DNA of 64,000 nt from contig OX597816.1 of NCBI GenBank assembly GCA_951406725.2, positions 42,284,001 through 42,348,000 of the forward strand, in the 5' to 3' direction. Made by a program: the position numbers and the translations under genes. Position 1 is the first letter of the stretch. Every line of letters begins with the position of its first letter. Source of the stretch: Octopus vulgaris (taxonomy: Eukaryota). The notes under the pieces are model-generated. The model saw only the letters and a program-made list of their open reading frames with translations. It searched no databases and was not told the origin of the DNA. Of this stretch, positions 37,265-51,990 are shown one piece after another.

Positions 37265-38960
37265 GTGTATATGAATGTCATTATTCAGTTTTATTTCAAG
37301 ATTACTTGCCAAGAGAAAACAGATGGTTTTTAACAAAAATACAAGGATCCTTCCATGGAATTTCAACAACAAAAAAGGGTATTTTTGTATGTATGTATGT
37401 ACATATGTATGTATGTATTTGTACAGATATGTTTTTATTTTTGAGTTACGTGTGGATGTATGCATGTATGTATATATGTATGTCAGTCTCTCAATCCGTT
37501 AGACATTACTCAGTTTTATTTCAATAGAGAATGAGCCGGCTTCTTACCTAAGTCCAAGGCTGTTTCATTGGAATTTGTATGTATGTATTTATGTTTGTAT
37601 ATACGTATTTTTGTATGTATGTATGTATGTATGTATGTATGTATGTATGCATGTATGTAAGTATATATGAAAGCCTAATTTCTCAAGGTAGGTATTTATG
37701 CAGTGGGTTACATATCACAGGTCTCCAATAATTACTGGTACGAATCTGAATTTGTAATTTGGATTGAGTAACGACAGATTTATTAATAGTTCAGCGTAGT
37801 TATTCTCTTTTTCACTGATTTTCAGCTTTATGTTAACATTCGCAGTGTAGGTCATTTCCACAACCGTACGCAGTTTTTCTTCCCTACCCAAATCATTATA
37901 TCGGGTCTATTGTGCTTACATTGTATTGAGGTTTTAACTGAGATATTCCAACAGTACTCCTTTTTATTATGAGTAGTTATTACTTCTATCATACTATGGG
38001 TTCTTATTTCTTTTTCCTCGGAGTTATCCTTCCGACGGATTTCACTATAGAGAGCCCTGGATATAGCATCCTGCCTCATCGGTAGATAATAATGTGAGGA
38101 CATATTCGGACAACTGCTAATGATGTGGGTGTTATCATCGGTGTTAACTCTATAAAGTCTGCCTCGGTTGTCACATTTTACTGCTTTTCCAGCATGTCTG
38201 TCTCTTTTGTGCATCAGGTGTATTGTTGATATTTCCTGTTCCTGGATTGCAAACGCATACTCTTCAAAGTAGGAGTTAATCATCATGACAGACTGCTTTG
38301 ATAATCAATGTTACTATCATCTCGGAGCCTTCTGCAGACATATGCATGTATTGTCTTCTGCTCACGCGCGCATCCTTTTATGATATACTGCGACAGAGTC
38401 ATACGACTTATTTGGGCATATATTTAAGGTTATCAGACAAGGAATGCTGCTCAAGGAGCTACCTCATGAGTCTTATATTATCAGCCTAATGTATGCAAAC
38501 TTGGTCAAAGGATGCACTTCGACAGTTGGTGGTTAAAAGTTGTTGTCGAAGAGTTATTATACGACATTTAAAGGCAGCTTGGATTGATATTAAGCACATG
38601 CCACCATGTTTTCGCTTTAGGTAAATGCGGTCTATGTCACTGTTGATGGGGAAATTATGTGTGCTTGTTAGTATCTTCCGGGTTTTCACAACATTGGCTC
38701 GGATTTCATGAAGCGTCCAATCAAGCAGCATTAATTACTGGCACCGCAAACACACTGTGGGCCTCGTCTTATTGAATGTAGCGAGTTCGGAGGTCCAAAT
38801 TTTATTTATTGAGATGTAATATTCTTTATTGACATGTGTTTTGTTACAGGTGCCATTGAAATGTATGTTATCATCCACCCATAGAAAACTGCAACATTCC
38901 TCATTGATGGATATGCCGCTAGTCTTGTTTACAGTTTTTCTGCTTTTCACCACCATATAA
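37265..38960 (-). mobile_element. Degenerate R4/Dong-type LINE, second subfamily (thumb, zinc finger, REL) with tandem 3' UTRs
   Basis: Motifs KIWTSEL, KTRKILTSTHNFPINSDIDRIYLKRKHGG, FAIQEQEIST, HIISSCP, CKHNRPDIMIW and FRFVPVIIG...YLEKLGF. The 3' UTR motif (ggaatttcaac / ttcagttttatttcaa) occurs at 37270-37390 and 37503-37577. Confidence 0.88.
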
Positions 38961-38984
38961 CATTTCGTCAGATAACTATGTATT

Positions 38985-39018
<34 letters not shown>

Positions 39019-39060
39019 TGTATGTATGTATGTATGTATATACATACATATATTTGTATG

Positions 39061-39091
<31 letters not shown>

Positions 39092-39128
39092 GAATGTATG
39101 TATGTATAGACATACATACATATATATG

Positions 39129-39184
<56 letters not shown>

Positions 39185-39186
<2 letters not shown>

Positions 39187-39525
39187 AAATTAAGAGGCAT
39201 GACCACAAAATGGGCACCCTATATGCTAAACATAGACGTCAAATCGCCATTACCACGAAGAATGTGTTCTCAAGAAAAAAATCTCAGCAAAATGCCAAAA
39301 CGACATTTTTACATTTTGGCATTTTGCTGAGATTTTTCTTGAGAAAACATTCTTCGTGGTAATGGCGATTTGACGTCTATTTTTAGCATATAGATTGTCC
39401 ACTTTAGTGGTCAATCCTCTTAATTTTGCATGTAATACAATTTTTAAGCTCCGGATGTTTTAAATATTCTAAGCCACTGGTTTTAATTGATAAATATCAA
39501 TTTCTACCCTTATTATTTAATTTTA
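39185..39525. repeat. Fold-back element: ~115-bp imperfect inverted arms plus ~95-bp tail between (TA)n tracts
   Basis: Arms at 39185-39300 and 39314-39428 with a 13-nt spacer. Confidence 0.92.
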
Positions 39526-39546
39526 TATATATATATAAATACATAC

Positions 39547-39630
<84 letters not shown>

Positions 39631-39639
39631 ATATATAGT

Positions 39640-39840
39640 TAATCCAAACAAAAAAGCACAAAAAACACAACAACGCGAGGTCGTGGAACAAATATAGTAT
39701 TATTGGATGCTCAGGAAAGAAGGAAAGAAGGATGGTTTACCGTTTCGAGCGGAGCTCTTCGTCGGAACGTAGGAGAAAGAAAGATCCAGAGAAGGGAAGA
39801 CAGAGGGGAAAAAATCGCCAACGGTACACACGAGGTCATA
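39640..39840 (-). mobile_element. HHR-bearing repeat, family H1, copy 3
   Basis: Minus strand at 39735-39768 reads gtt-CCGACGA-a-gagc(tcc)gctc-GAAA-cgg-TA-aac. Flanks align with 24189-24380. Abuts (TA)n. Confidence 0.8.
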
Positions 39841-40743
39841 TGCATGTATGTAATTTATATATATATATATAGTAATACAACGACATACAAACACACATAA
39901 TATAATACATACAGGCACACACACTCAGAGGTTTGTCTGTGAGTGTGTGTGTATGTATTGCATTATATATAGATATGTGTGTGTGTGTGTGCGTGCGTGC
40001 GTGCCGCTGTATTAATTTATACATGCACATTGTTGCTAAATCCTTGAACTGAGTATAGATACGAAAATATAAATCTACGTATACGTTCCTATAAATCTAG
40101 ATTTTCGTTTGTATATGTTAGCTTCCGTGTTCTGTGTATATATTTAGTTTTTCCTTCAGCAATCTCTATTCATTTTTTCGAAATGATTCAAACACGTTAG
40201 GCATGTTATTGTGTGGACTGATCAACTGCGTTGTGCATCTACTAATTGTGATTATCAATGAAAATTTGGATTGAGTACAATATGTTTATAAACATTTTTT
40301 TTTTTCGATATGTTGCCAAATAATAACTGAATGCCAGTCGTGATGACGTTGTGAACCAATGGATAGCCTGGGAAATATTATATATTTGTGTAATAATGAC
40401 GGAAGTAAATACGCATGCTTATAAAGAAATGAAGGCCAACTATTATACTGGTATCTATGGAATAGGACTGAAAGATAAATGAGAAATTTAAACAGGCAAG
40501 CGCATACCATGCACACATATATATATAGAGTGAATTGATTTCATGCTCTCTATCTTGGTCACGTGCTTTGAGTTTGTTTGCTCTGTATTTTTTCGGAACA
40601 CGCCGAGTGATTCATAAAAGAATTACCAAGTAAATACTGATACTGAGGAAAATTTATTTAGTTTTGTTTTTTGTATATGGCGATTATTACTCTGAAAAGG
40701 ACTGCTATTTCTAGGTGCATGTGTGTATATACGTATATATATA

Positions 40744-41150
40744 TCATCATTCGTCTTTTAAAATCCAAGTTTTGTCTCCGTTTACGGGGGGGGGGGGGGC
40801 TGGATCTACCTCAATGTCATAGCAACCGCCCTCACACTATTTCGCCTTCTTGCCCAATTTTGGGCGTTCAATCTTCTCAATTCAACGCTCCCTAAAGCCC
40901 CCTCCACCTGTTCACTCCACATTTTCCACAATCTACCTCGCATTTACCGTTCATTTACCTCAAACACTAGTACCTTCTTCAGAACATGCTTCATACCACC
41001 TCGCTCCATTCGACCTTGCCAGCCGTTCCACTGATTCCTCCAAACCTAGCATCTCCATCGAGTCCTCATTCTTTCTATTATCAAGCAACCTCACGTCACA
41101 CTTTTCCTCACCACTGCTCTCTCAGTCCTTCTCAAAATTGCCATCTCCAG
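40744..41150 (-). mobile_element. Probable highly decayed RTE-type LINE 3' end
   Basis: RGRLWKMWSEQVE resembles the RTE C-terminal RGRP..W motif. Ends in gatgat. Confidence 0.4.
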
Positions 41151-41324
41151 CGTGGCATCCTTGCGCAAAGAGAAAGAGAACTGAATAATGACATACACAC
41201 ACCGGTATATATAAATATGACGTGCTTCTTTTAATTTCCGCGTTCTAAACTATTTGTAAGTGTGGTTTATCAGTGGCAATAATGGATGAATATATATATA
41301 TATATATATATAATGGGGGGGGGG

Positions 41325-41470
41325 TTGACAAAAAAAAACAGAAGACGAAGACAACAAACAGATGTATTAGTATAACTCTCGGAAAGTGAAAAAGTCTTTA
41401 ACGTTTCAAGTCTACATTCTTCCACAGAAAGGAATACAGAAAGAAACAAGGAAAGAAAATAAAGGGTTAC
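41325..41470 (-). mobile_element. H1-related repeat with a decayed HHR core
   Basis: Minus strand at 41396-41431 reads cttt-ctgtgga-agaatgtagactt-GAAA-cgtt-aaag, the same layout as H1. Near (TA)n. Confidence 0.5.
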
Positions 41471-41573
41471 GAGCTTACAAGGAGGTGAGCACAACAACAT
41501 CAGTTGTCAAGTGATGGTGGGGGGATGATCACAGACACAAAAATACACACTCACACATACACACACACATATA

Positions 41574-41626
<53 letters not shown>

Positions 41627-41736
41627 ACGGTGATCTTTCAGTTGTATAGTGGCTATAGTAGAAGACAAGGTGCTACGCAGTGAGACTGAACTCGAGACCA
41701 TGTGCTTGGGAAGCACGCTTCCTACCACACAGCCAC
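41627..41736 (-). mobile_element. SINE family B 5' fragment
   Basis: ggctatagtagaagac...cgcagtgagactgaac...accacacagccac is the reverse complement of the family B head. Confidence 0.75.
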
Positions 41737-42117
41737 GTTACATGCCCCTTAGACTTTTTTTACATGCTGATTTATTTATAAACAAACTCTCACAGAGTCA
41801 GCATTGACTATAATCTCCTGAAGATAATACGAATTGGCAATATTTTCACGAATTTCAAAGCTATGATCAGCGAAACGCGAAACCTGTCGAATATCATGCC
41901 GTTCTATCCTTCAAAATATATTTAAAAACATAATCCGTGAGCGTTTTTCATCTTTTCAGACACACACACACACACAGATACATTTATTAGTAAGAAGGGA
42001 AAGTACAAGTGACATGTGAAAACACCGATTTGGATATGCAAATTTTATATACTGAGAGGAAAAATATTCAATTCCCGCATAAGGGAACCTGCACACAGAC
42101 GAACAAATGCTCGCTTT

Positions 42118-42210
<93 letters not shown>

Positions 42211-42779
42211 CTGTGTGTATGTGTGTGTGTGTGTGTGTATGTGTGTGTGTGTGTGTAATCTCATGCATTATATATGTGGTGGTGGGTGTTTGTTTCTGGT
42301 TTAATATGCACAAATTTGTTTGTTTGTATTTCAAACGTCATGTAAGTGTTTCCATGATAAAACAGACTGTAGATATGATAAAAGCATGCTAGGCTTGTAA
42401 GTAATGAGAGATTAGAAAAATAAAACGCCAAACGAAAAAACAAGAAAGAAAAAGAAATGAGACTAAAGATGGTGATTGGTAGATTTACCATGTAGCATAA
42501 TATATATGCTTAAAATGGATTTTCTATAAGGCCGCAGTATATATTCAATAGATGTAAGAATGCATAAAGAGAAAGAGTTTGGCAGCAGCTAATTACCGTG
42601 CTCAAAGACCAATTGAATACAATCCACCTACCTACTACACTGTAAATTTCTTTTTGCGCCAGCAGTGACTATTGATTATTTGATTGAAGCGGCAGTAGGG
42701 TCTTAGATCAAAGATTTTCAGTTGTAGATTGTTGAACACATGACAATATGCATCACAGTGACACACATTAATTGACGCA

Positions 42780-43138
<359 letters not shown>

Positions 43139-43847
43139 GTGTAGGTATGTATAGATATACATGCCTATATGTGCTCACATACATATGTACACAAACACGT
43201 TGTACTATCACAGTCTGTCGGCGATATACACGCATGTGGCACACTCTAGAGAAGCTATAGACACGTTTAGGTACATGCGTGTATGTATAGGAACGTGTGT
43301 TTTTTTCTTTTATATCGTTAGCTTTAAGAGATAATGCATATTAATACTAGGAAAAAAAGAAATAAAAAAGGTGCACTTAATCTTACTCTTACGCACATAT
43401 TTTCAAAGGCACTCGCATACATACATGCACGAGTATTTTATGCAGATATTTATATATACATGGGTGTTTATATGCGAGTGTGTGTGTTTGTATGTGTATG
43501 TACCTGTGTGTGAGCGTGCGTTCGCAAGCGTTTCTATTGAAACCGTCTATTAGTGTAAATGTAGAACGCATAAGCAGTTTTATAGATCTGTATGTAAACC
43601 TACGTATGCAACTTTACTAGGGCATAGTCGAACACACGCACACACGCACACACGCACACGCTCCGCACACACGCTCCGCACATACATGCACACATACATT
43701 CTCATGTGCGCAATGTTTGTACACATATATAAATATACACACCGTGTGCTAAAACATATCTCTATTTATCTATTTCTTTAACTATATATATATATGAGTT
43801 TATATACAGGTAAAAAAATTATATATAAATATATATATATATATATA

Positions 43848-44852
<1,005 letters not shown>

Positions 44853-44855
44853 ACT

Positions 44856-45093
44856 TTATTTAAAAGCAGCAGAAATTCAACAAAACCTGTTACTCGGAAT
44901 TTTACGTTTTCGTTCGTCGGACAGTTTTTATTAAAAAATTTTAACAAAAACTGTCCGACGAACGGAAACGTGAAACTCCGAGTAACAGGTTTTGTTGAAT
45001 TTCTGCTGCTTTTAAATAACGCATATTACTCTACTGCTAGTATTTGAGTACTCTTTTTTCCACCTTGTTTCACATTTATGTGTTTACTCCGGT
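44856..45093 (+). repeat. 164-bp palindrome with an HHR in each arm plus ~75-bp tail, between (TA)n tracts
   Basis: Arms at 44856-~44936 and ~44939-45019 with a few mismatches. Confidence 0.92.
44947..44993 (+). ncRNA. Type I hammerhead ribozyme motif (U4C variant)
   Basis: aaaactgt-CCGACGA-acg(gaaa)cgt-GAAA-ct(ccg)ag-TA-acaggtttt. All three stems can form. Confidence 0.7.
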
Positions 45094-45118
45094 ATATATA
45101 TATATAAAATAAATATAA

Positions 45119-45161
<43 letters not shown>

Positions 45162-45989
45162 TATTTAAACCCATAGTTTCATATGGTGAGAAATTCTCAA
45201 CCTAATTCGACAGGCACGAAAATTAGCCTTACTCTTTCTGAAGTACATGTGCGCATATTAGTGTGATGTATGTGTGTTTCTGTGTGGGTACCGCATTAGA
45301 GTTCAAAGTTAACTTACAATTTGTAAGGTACTTTTATTTCGAAAGCAGCATTATAGCATACTGGAATAGATGGTCTCATTCGTTCAATGTAACATTTGAA
45401 CTAATAAATATGACACTATTTATTGTAACGATTATAATACATGTTCTTTTAATTTGGAAACATCTCAAATAATAACTGCAGGCCTGTAGTATCTGTGTGT
45501 GTGTGTGTGTGTGTGTGTTGCATATGTTTTCTCGAGATATATCATTTGCGATAAAATGCTCATTTGTTAATTATGAATACTTAACACAAATTTCGACGTA
45601 ACTGCTTAAGATGTATTATCGTATTCTGAAATTGTTATTGATTTTTATATATAATATTTTGAGATTGTTACATATGAATATTACTAATCCATAATCATAT
45701 ATGACTAATATACACGGCAGCACAATATCAACAATCATGGTAGCGCGAGCTGAGCCTAAATTGTCAATGAATGTAACCTGCGGTGCCTAACAGGTTCAAT
45801 CAAACGGACAACTTGCAGACGAAGAGTTGAAATAAGGTGAAACATTAAGTCTCACGATAAAGTAGGAAATGACTGCAGCTTAATCAAACTGACAAATTTA
45901 AATTCAAAATTCTTGCATTCGAAGGCTGTCTGCACTGAGCTCAAGTGTCTACATATTTCATCTCTTCTTAGGGCCTGTATATATATATA

Positions 45990-46330
45990 TCGTTATTTTT
46001 GTGGAGATAACCAGTTGCTGTCATGATCTTGCGTGTTTTAGTGGCTGTGAAATGGATGTTTTCTATGGACCAGTTAAATTTCCCAAATGTTGGGATCAGC
46101 ACTGGTGCTGCAAATGAGTTTTTAGAACTTGTCTCACTGTAAGAGGAGAGTTCCGACTGCCATATTATTTTTGTAGTCTGGAATAATATTATCGCACCCC
46201 TCTATCTTTTATCACTGCACCATCGTACGGTAAGTTTTCGTAGAACTATCTGTATGGGACAAGAGAGATAGTGAGACCACTGATGCACAGGCTTTGGTGA
46301 TGGAGGATAAATTTTACTCGTTCAACAATC
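45990..46330 (-). mobile_element. R4/Dong-type fragment (thumb region)
   Basis: KNSFAAPVLIPTFGKFNWSIENIHFTATKTRKIMTATGYLHKNND is homologous to 38630-38760. Confidence 0.7.
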
Positions 46331-46419
46331 AAATATGAACAATTCTTTTTGTCAAAATTCATTCCAATGTTATCTGAAAATGTTTTTATTAATTCCAATT
46401 TTTTTTTGGTATTGATAAC

Positions 46420-47140
46420 ATTTATATATAATTATTTTTTTTATTTTAAGATTTCTTACCAAATAGAGAAAATGCCAGTTTCTCACCTAGATACGGGGCT
46501 CCTTCATTGGAATTTCAACGACATCAAGAGGGTATTTTTGTATATATGCATATGTGATGATTTGTATGTTTTGTTTTATGTATATTTTCTCATGCATATA
46601 ATTGCATGTCTAGATATACTCATATCCACTTAAATGATAAAATTCTGGAAAGTTTTACTGACTTTTACAGTTCCAGTGATGGCTTGAATCTGTAGTCTTT
46701 GAATCAGCTCTCTCCTTTCTGGTTTTGAGAAACCTAATTTCCCAAGATTGCTACTTAGGTAGTGTGTTAAGTACATTATTTACATTACAATTGACGGATA
46801 TTTGTCCTCATCTTGTTTGTTGTCAAAACAACATTTTACTTGAGGGTATATCAGCCGAACTTTTGTGTTAACAACAAACAAGATGAGGCGAAATATCCGT
46901 TAATTGTAAATAATGTAAATCATTTACGTAATTCCTCATCTCTTAAATATAGAACTGTATTAGTGTGTTAAATATCCCAGTACCCCAATAATTACACTTG
47001 TAATCTAGATAGAGTAGATATTGATTCCGCTATCGTTCAGCATAGGTATTTTTTCTTCGCGGGTTTCAGATTTACGTTAACAACTGCAGGGCAGTTGGTT
47101 TTCACAACTATGCACAACTGTGAATACTTTATCTGTACTA
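46420..47140 (-). mobile_element. R4/Dong-type REL C-terminus plus 3' UTR, interrupted by a fold-back insertion
   Basis: VIIGVLGYLTH / YLSSNLGKLGFSKPERRELIQRLQIQAITGTVKVSKTFQNFII*. The 3' UTR matches 37280-37390. Confidence 0.8.
46771..46960 (+). mobile_element. 190-bp fold-back insertion with 11-bp TSD
   Basis: Inverted arms at ~46772-46825 and ~46868-46918 plus a ~40-bp tail. TSD tagtgtgttaa at 46760-46770 and 46961-46971. Confidence 0.88.
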
Positions 47141-47795
47141 TCCCAAAAAACCATATATGCATGTATGTTTGTATGCATGCATGTATGTATGCATGCTTGC
47201 ATTTATGTATGTGTGTGTATATATAGATATATCAGACATAATTATTCCCAGTTTTTCATGCTACCTTTCATTGGTATCTCACGTAATATATTGTCACAAA
47301 TTTAGAGAGGTAGTTCAACTGGAGTTTTGAAGTAGATGGATAGCATTTTATCCCCGTGGTAGATATACTGATAATATTTATAAATATATAAGCAACTGCA
47401 TGTATAAGTATATAGATATACACTTTGTAGGCAACAATGGTAGAGAAATGAATAAATAATTAGAGATAAAATAAAGAAGTATGGAACAAAATAAATAGTT
47501 ATATAGATAAATAGTTAAACAGATGTACATATTTACAGATATATTGGGAGATAAATTGATAGAGGCAGATGACGAACGGTGATGTTAAGAAAACAAATGT
47601 GCATCTGTCGTTATTATTCCTTTTTCAATCTTGGTTTTTATGTATCGTTTAAAATCACCTATATTCTATACATTGAATTATTCGATACTAGAATAAAACA
47701 AGGCAAAAATATTAGTGTTTTTTGTAATGAAAGGATACTCACACACACACACACGTACATACATAAACACAGATCGATAAATAGATTGACAGATG

Positions 47796-47826
<31 letters not shown>

Positions 47827-47827
47827 G

Positions 47828-47921
<94 letters not shown>

Positions 47922-48097
47922 GAGAGAGAGAGAGCAAGGTAGATAGTGCAATAGTTAAACACACAGAAAAATAGAAACAAATCCTTTTAAGCTCAAATGT
48001 GGAGGAAAAATGATTAGCCGTCCTCGTGTTAGAGGAGGCCTTATTTTTCTCATTTTCTCAATTTCTCACTATGGCTGCTGCTAAACATACAACGCAT

Positions 48098-48147
<50 letters not shown>

Positions 48148-48166
48148 GTATATATATATCATACTT

Positions 48167-48229
<63 letters not shown>

Positions 48230-49188
48230 ATATTGATATTGTTGCTTTAATATACGTGAACACATGGTTGCCTTCTATATTTCAGTTAGCCTAATCTTCG
48301 TTGAATAGTAATTTGGTAGGTCTATTTCAAATAAATTGTTTCCTGAGGCATCGACTGGGAAATTCACTTAGTAATTAAACCCAGCAGTAAGTGATGACGT
48401 TGATTTTATAAATATATACATTTGAGTATCAATTAGATTTGTTTGCAATTACAGCGGATATTTACTTGGAAGACACTCGCAGCTTGAAAGCGAAGTATTT
48501 TGAATTTTCATTCTGATTTATGTATTTATGCGGGTCGACCTGTTCTGCAGGATCAATTATGGCAATTAATCGTAAATTTTGTAATTTATCTATAAATGTT
48601 GTACCACTACATATGAAAACACACACACACTTATAAGCACAACACATAAATGCACATGTAGTCTCTCAGACGCATATGTAAAGATTTACTCGTTCCCATT
48701 TATATGCCTACTATATACCTAGAGAAGCGCACACCCATTACTAAAAGGTATACACACAAATCAAGGCGTGCAAAGGTACTTGAAATTTCGCAAAATCAGA
48801 AAAACAAAATCTTGCTCTTAGCTATTGTATACTGTGTTTAATCTTCTGCCATGCAAATGAGTACAGAAAGTGAGGGAACCAACACATTCTAACAAGATCT
48901 TCGAGGCCCGTTATCCAAAATTCTAGGACTGAATATTCCTCTTCTGATAGACTGCGCAGTGAATTCGATTTGGCGTAAATCGAAATGGTCTAAAACGAAG
49001 TATAGGTGCCTTCGTGATACCACCAATAAAATTTTTAAGAGTAACAATGGTTTTCAAAATTTTTATATTTCTATCACTTAATGCACATCAGGCCAGTGTT
49101 AGTGCCCGTGATATTTACCGGCATCTGTGGCAGGTGACTCGGACGATAGCGAAAAATAGGTGCACAATATGATTACTATTGTGTATAT

Positions 49189-49569
49189 GGGAAGCAATCC
49201 GTCGGTTACAATGATGAGGCTTCCGGTTGATCCGAATCAACGGAACAGCCTGCTCGTGAATGTGCAAGTGGCTGAGCACTCCACAGACACGTGCACCCTT
49301 AACGTAGTTCTCGGGGATATTCAGCGTGACACAGAGAGTGATAAGACCGGACCCTTGAAATACAGGTACAACAGAAACAGGAAGTAAGAGTGAGAGAAAG
49401 TTGTGGTGAAAGAGTACAGCAGGGATCACCACCATCCCCTGCCGGAGTCTCGTGGAGCTTTTAGGTATTTTTGCTCAATAAACACTCACAACGCCCGGTC
49501 TGGGAATCGAAACCGCGATCCTATGACCACGAGTCCGCTGCCCTAACCACTGGGCCATTGCGCCTCCAC
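49189..49569 (-). mobile_element. tRNA-derived SINE family A, copy 2
   Basis: Near-identical to 9572-9962. TSD (ac)tattgtgtatat on both sides. Confidence 0.92.
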
Positions 49570-51073
49570 TATTGTGTATATATATGCATGATTAAAACGC
49601 ATGCAGAAACTATATTTTCAGTGGATTGCACGGTGGTGACATAAACTTCCTTTTTTCTTAAGCGAGTCTTTCCCTTCTTTTGCACCAGTAGCAGCGTATC
49701 ACGTTGTAGCAGCGTGACAGGATTTGGTGGAGGTCATTCAACCTAAATGCAAATAAAATTAGGTATTCCCAAGAGTTCGTATTCCGAACCTTCTCTTCTT
49801 TTTTGTAAAGTATGTCCTACATACTTCAGCGACCAATAATACATAGCTGCACACTGATGATACGGACGCTTATTTTATTCTACCCTTCTTTGACACACTT
49901 TAGCCACAGCCACATTAGCCACTCTACACATCAAACCTACATTTGTTCAATCCGAATGGACGACGTTTATTAAATAGAAACTAAACAAATGACAGAAATG
50001 TCTTTCTCATTCCACCAAGCCACACACCGTCTAAACATGCTCACCACTAAAGAGGAGCCCTCAAAAATCACGATTCCACTGATATGTATATATAATTCCT
50101 CATATACACGTGATAGCGTCGCTCACACAGCTCTTACGTTGAAAGACTGCAAGCACCCCGTGTACCAATATGTTCAGTCCATAGTACTCAGAGTATGGAC
50201 ACTAGAATCGATTTGCAAATTATGATCCCAATCATTAACGGTATTAATTTCATTGCTCACCGATGTTCTGCGAAAAACATGGGCGATGCACCTTCCCCAA
50301 GATCTAAGAACTCAAATGAGAGATAATAGGACACAGTTCATGTAAAATTATATGACAGCCGGCGCTTGTTAGATTAGGCCAACGTCAATAATTGTTCTGA
50401 TTATCAAAGGCCAGTTCCTCCTGTTATTTATGTGAATAACAACACTTGGATTGTTACGCAGAATAGCACAACGGCGCCCAGGACGTTTTGTTGGATCATC
50501 TCTGTCACCCATAGAAGCAGCTAATTCTTTTGAGTACATAGCTTTTGTCTAATAATAAAGAAAACCGATATATCATGGCTCCAGTATGGTCGCAAACATT
50601 TTCCTCACCAGGTAGACAACTAGTGCCAATTGTGAAAGCACCAACGTTTTCGCAATTCCGGCAAGCCATCATCGTTTGAGTGCGCGCGCGTGTGTGTGTG
50701 TGAGGTAGGATCCAGAATGGAAGTTGATATAGATGGGACTTGAAATCTTATTACACTAAGTCAGAAATAAATATCAGTAGAAACCCTATCCGATTCTTTA
50801 ATGTCTCTGCCCATGTGCCGACATGAAAAATAATAAGTATATTTTATCATTATCACTTTACATTTCTCTAATATTTTACATTCTACAACCAAACTAGTTT
50901 ATATTGTTCTGTCAGTGAGTACTATTTATATATTCACTTTATGCGTTTATAAGAACTGTATCCCAAAACCCGGTGACAACAAATGTAAAATTTCTATAAG
51001 TGTAATCACGGAAACCATCTCAATTTTCTTCATGACGCCAACAAAATTATATATACTTATGCATTCATACATA

Positions 51074-51111
<38 letters not shown>

Positions 51112-51935
51112 TACGTGTGTGTATGTGCGTGCATATGTATGTATGCATGCACATATACATGACGCCCGATTTGTATATTCACATTACTGATGCGCTCATC
51201 GACTTAAGTTGAATAATGTGTTCTGTGCTGCGTTAATGCATAGAACATTTTATATGCGGTAAGGTTGTACAGCAATAGAAACTAATGTCGGTGGTACAAT
51301 TCTAGGTACGAAATCTTTATTTAATAGAAATTCTGTTTAAAGAAGGGTATCTCAACAATGATATATTTATGGTGTTTATTGCACAGGCTCCAGTGTGTCG
51401 CATACTTTATTTCATTTCGACAATTTTAATCTGTTGCCATTTCAGCTGGGTAAGAACGAAGCAATTTAACAATACAATAATGTAATATTACTGTAAGAAT
51501 TATACAGTTTAAGACTTTAATGCATGCGTCTATTTTAGAAACTATAAAATTTCGATAATATAACGTGAGGGTGAGAAACGGTAATACTGTTTAAATTTAA
51601 GAAGAAAAAAAACGTAAAAAATGTTGAATATATAATTATTATGTTACTTGTTTCGCAGTACTGATACCACTTATGTTGTATGTGTATGTGTATATATGCA
51701 TGTGTGTGCTGGCGCGTAGGTTCCTTATGCATTCTAAAACCGAGTAAGCTTTTGGCAACCAGCTTCACTATATTTTCATTCACTTATTTGCATTACAAAA
51801 ATTTAAGATTATCATTTTTCTTTTAGTCATCCATCGTAAAGGACATCTGTAGAACCACCATCACACCGACGATAACGTCACATTTTCTCTATATGTTCGC
51901 ACGTTTCTTACGCAAGTTAGGCCGATAACTGACAA

Positions 51936-51990
<55 letters not shown>

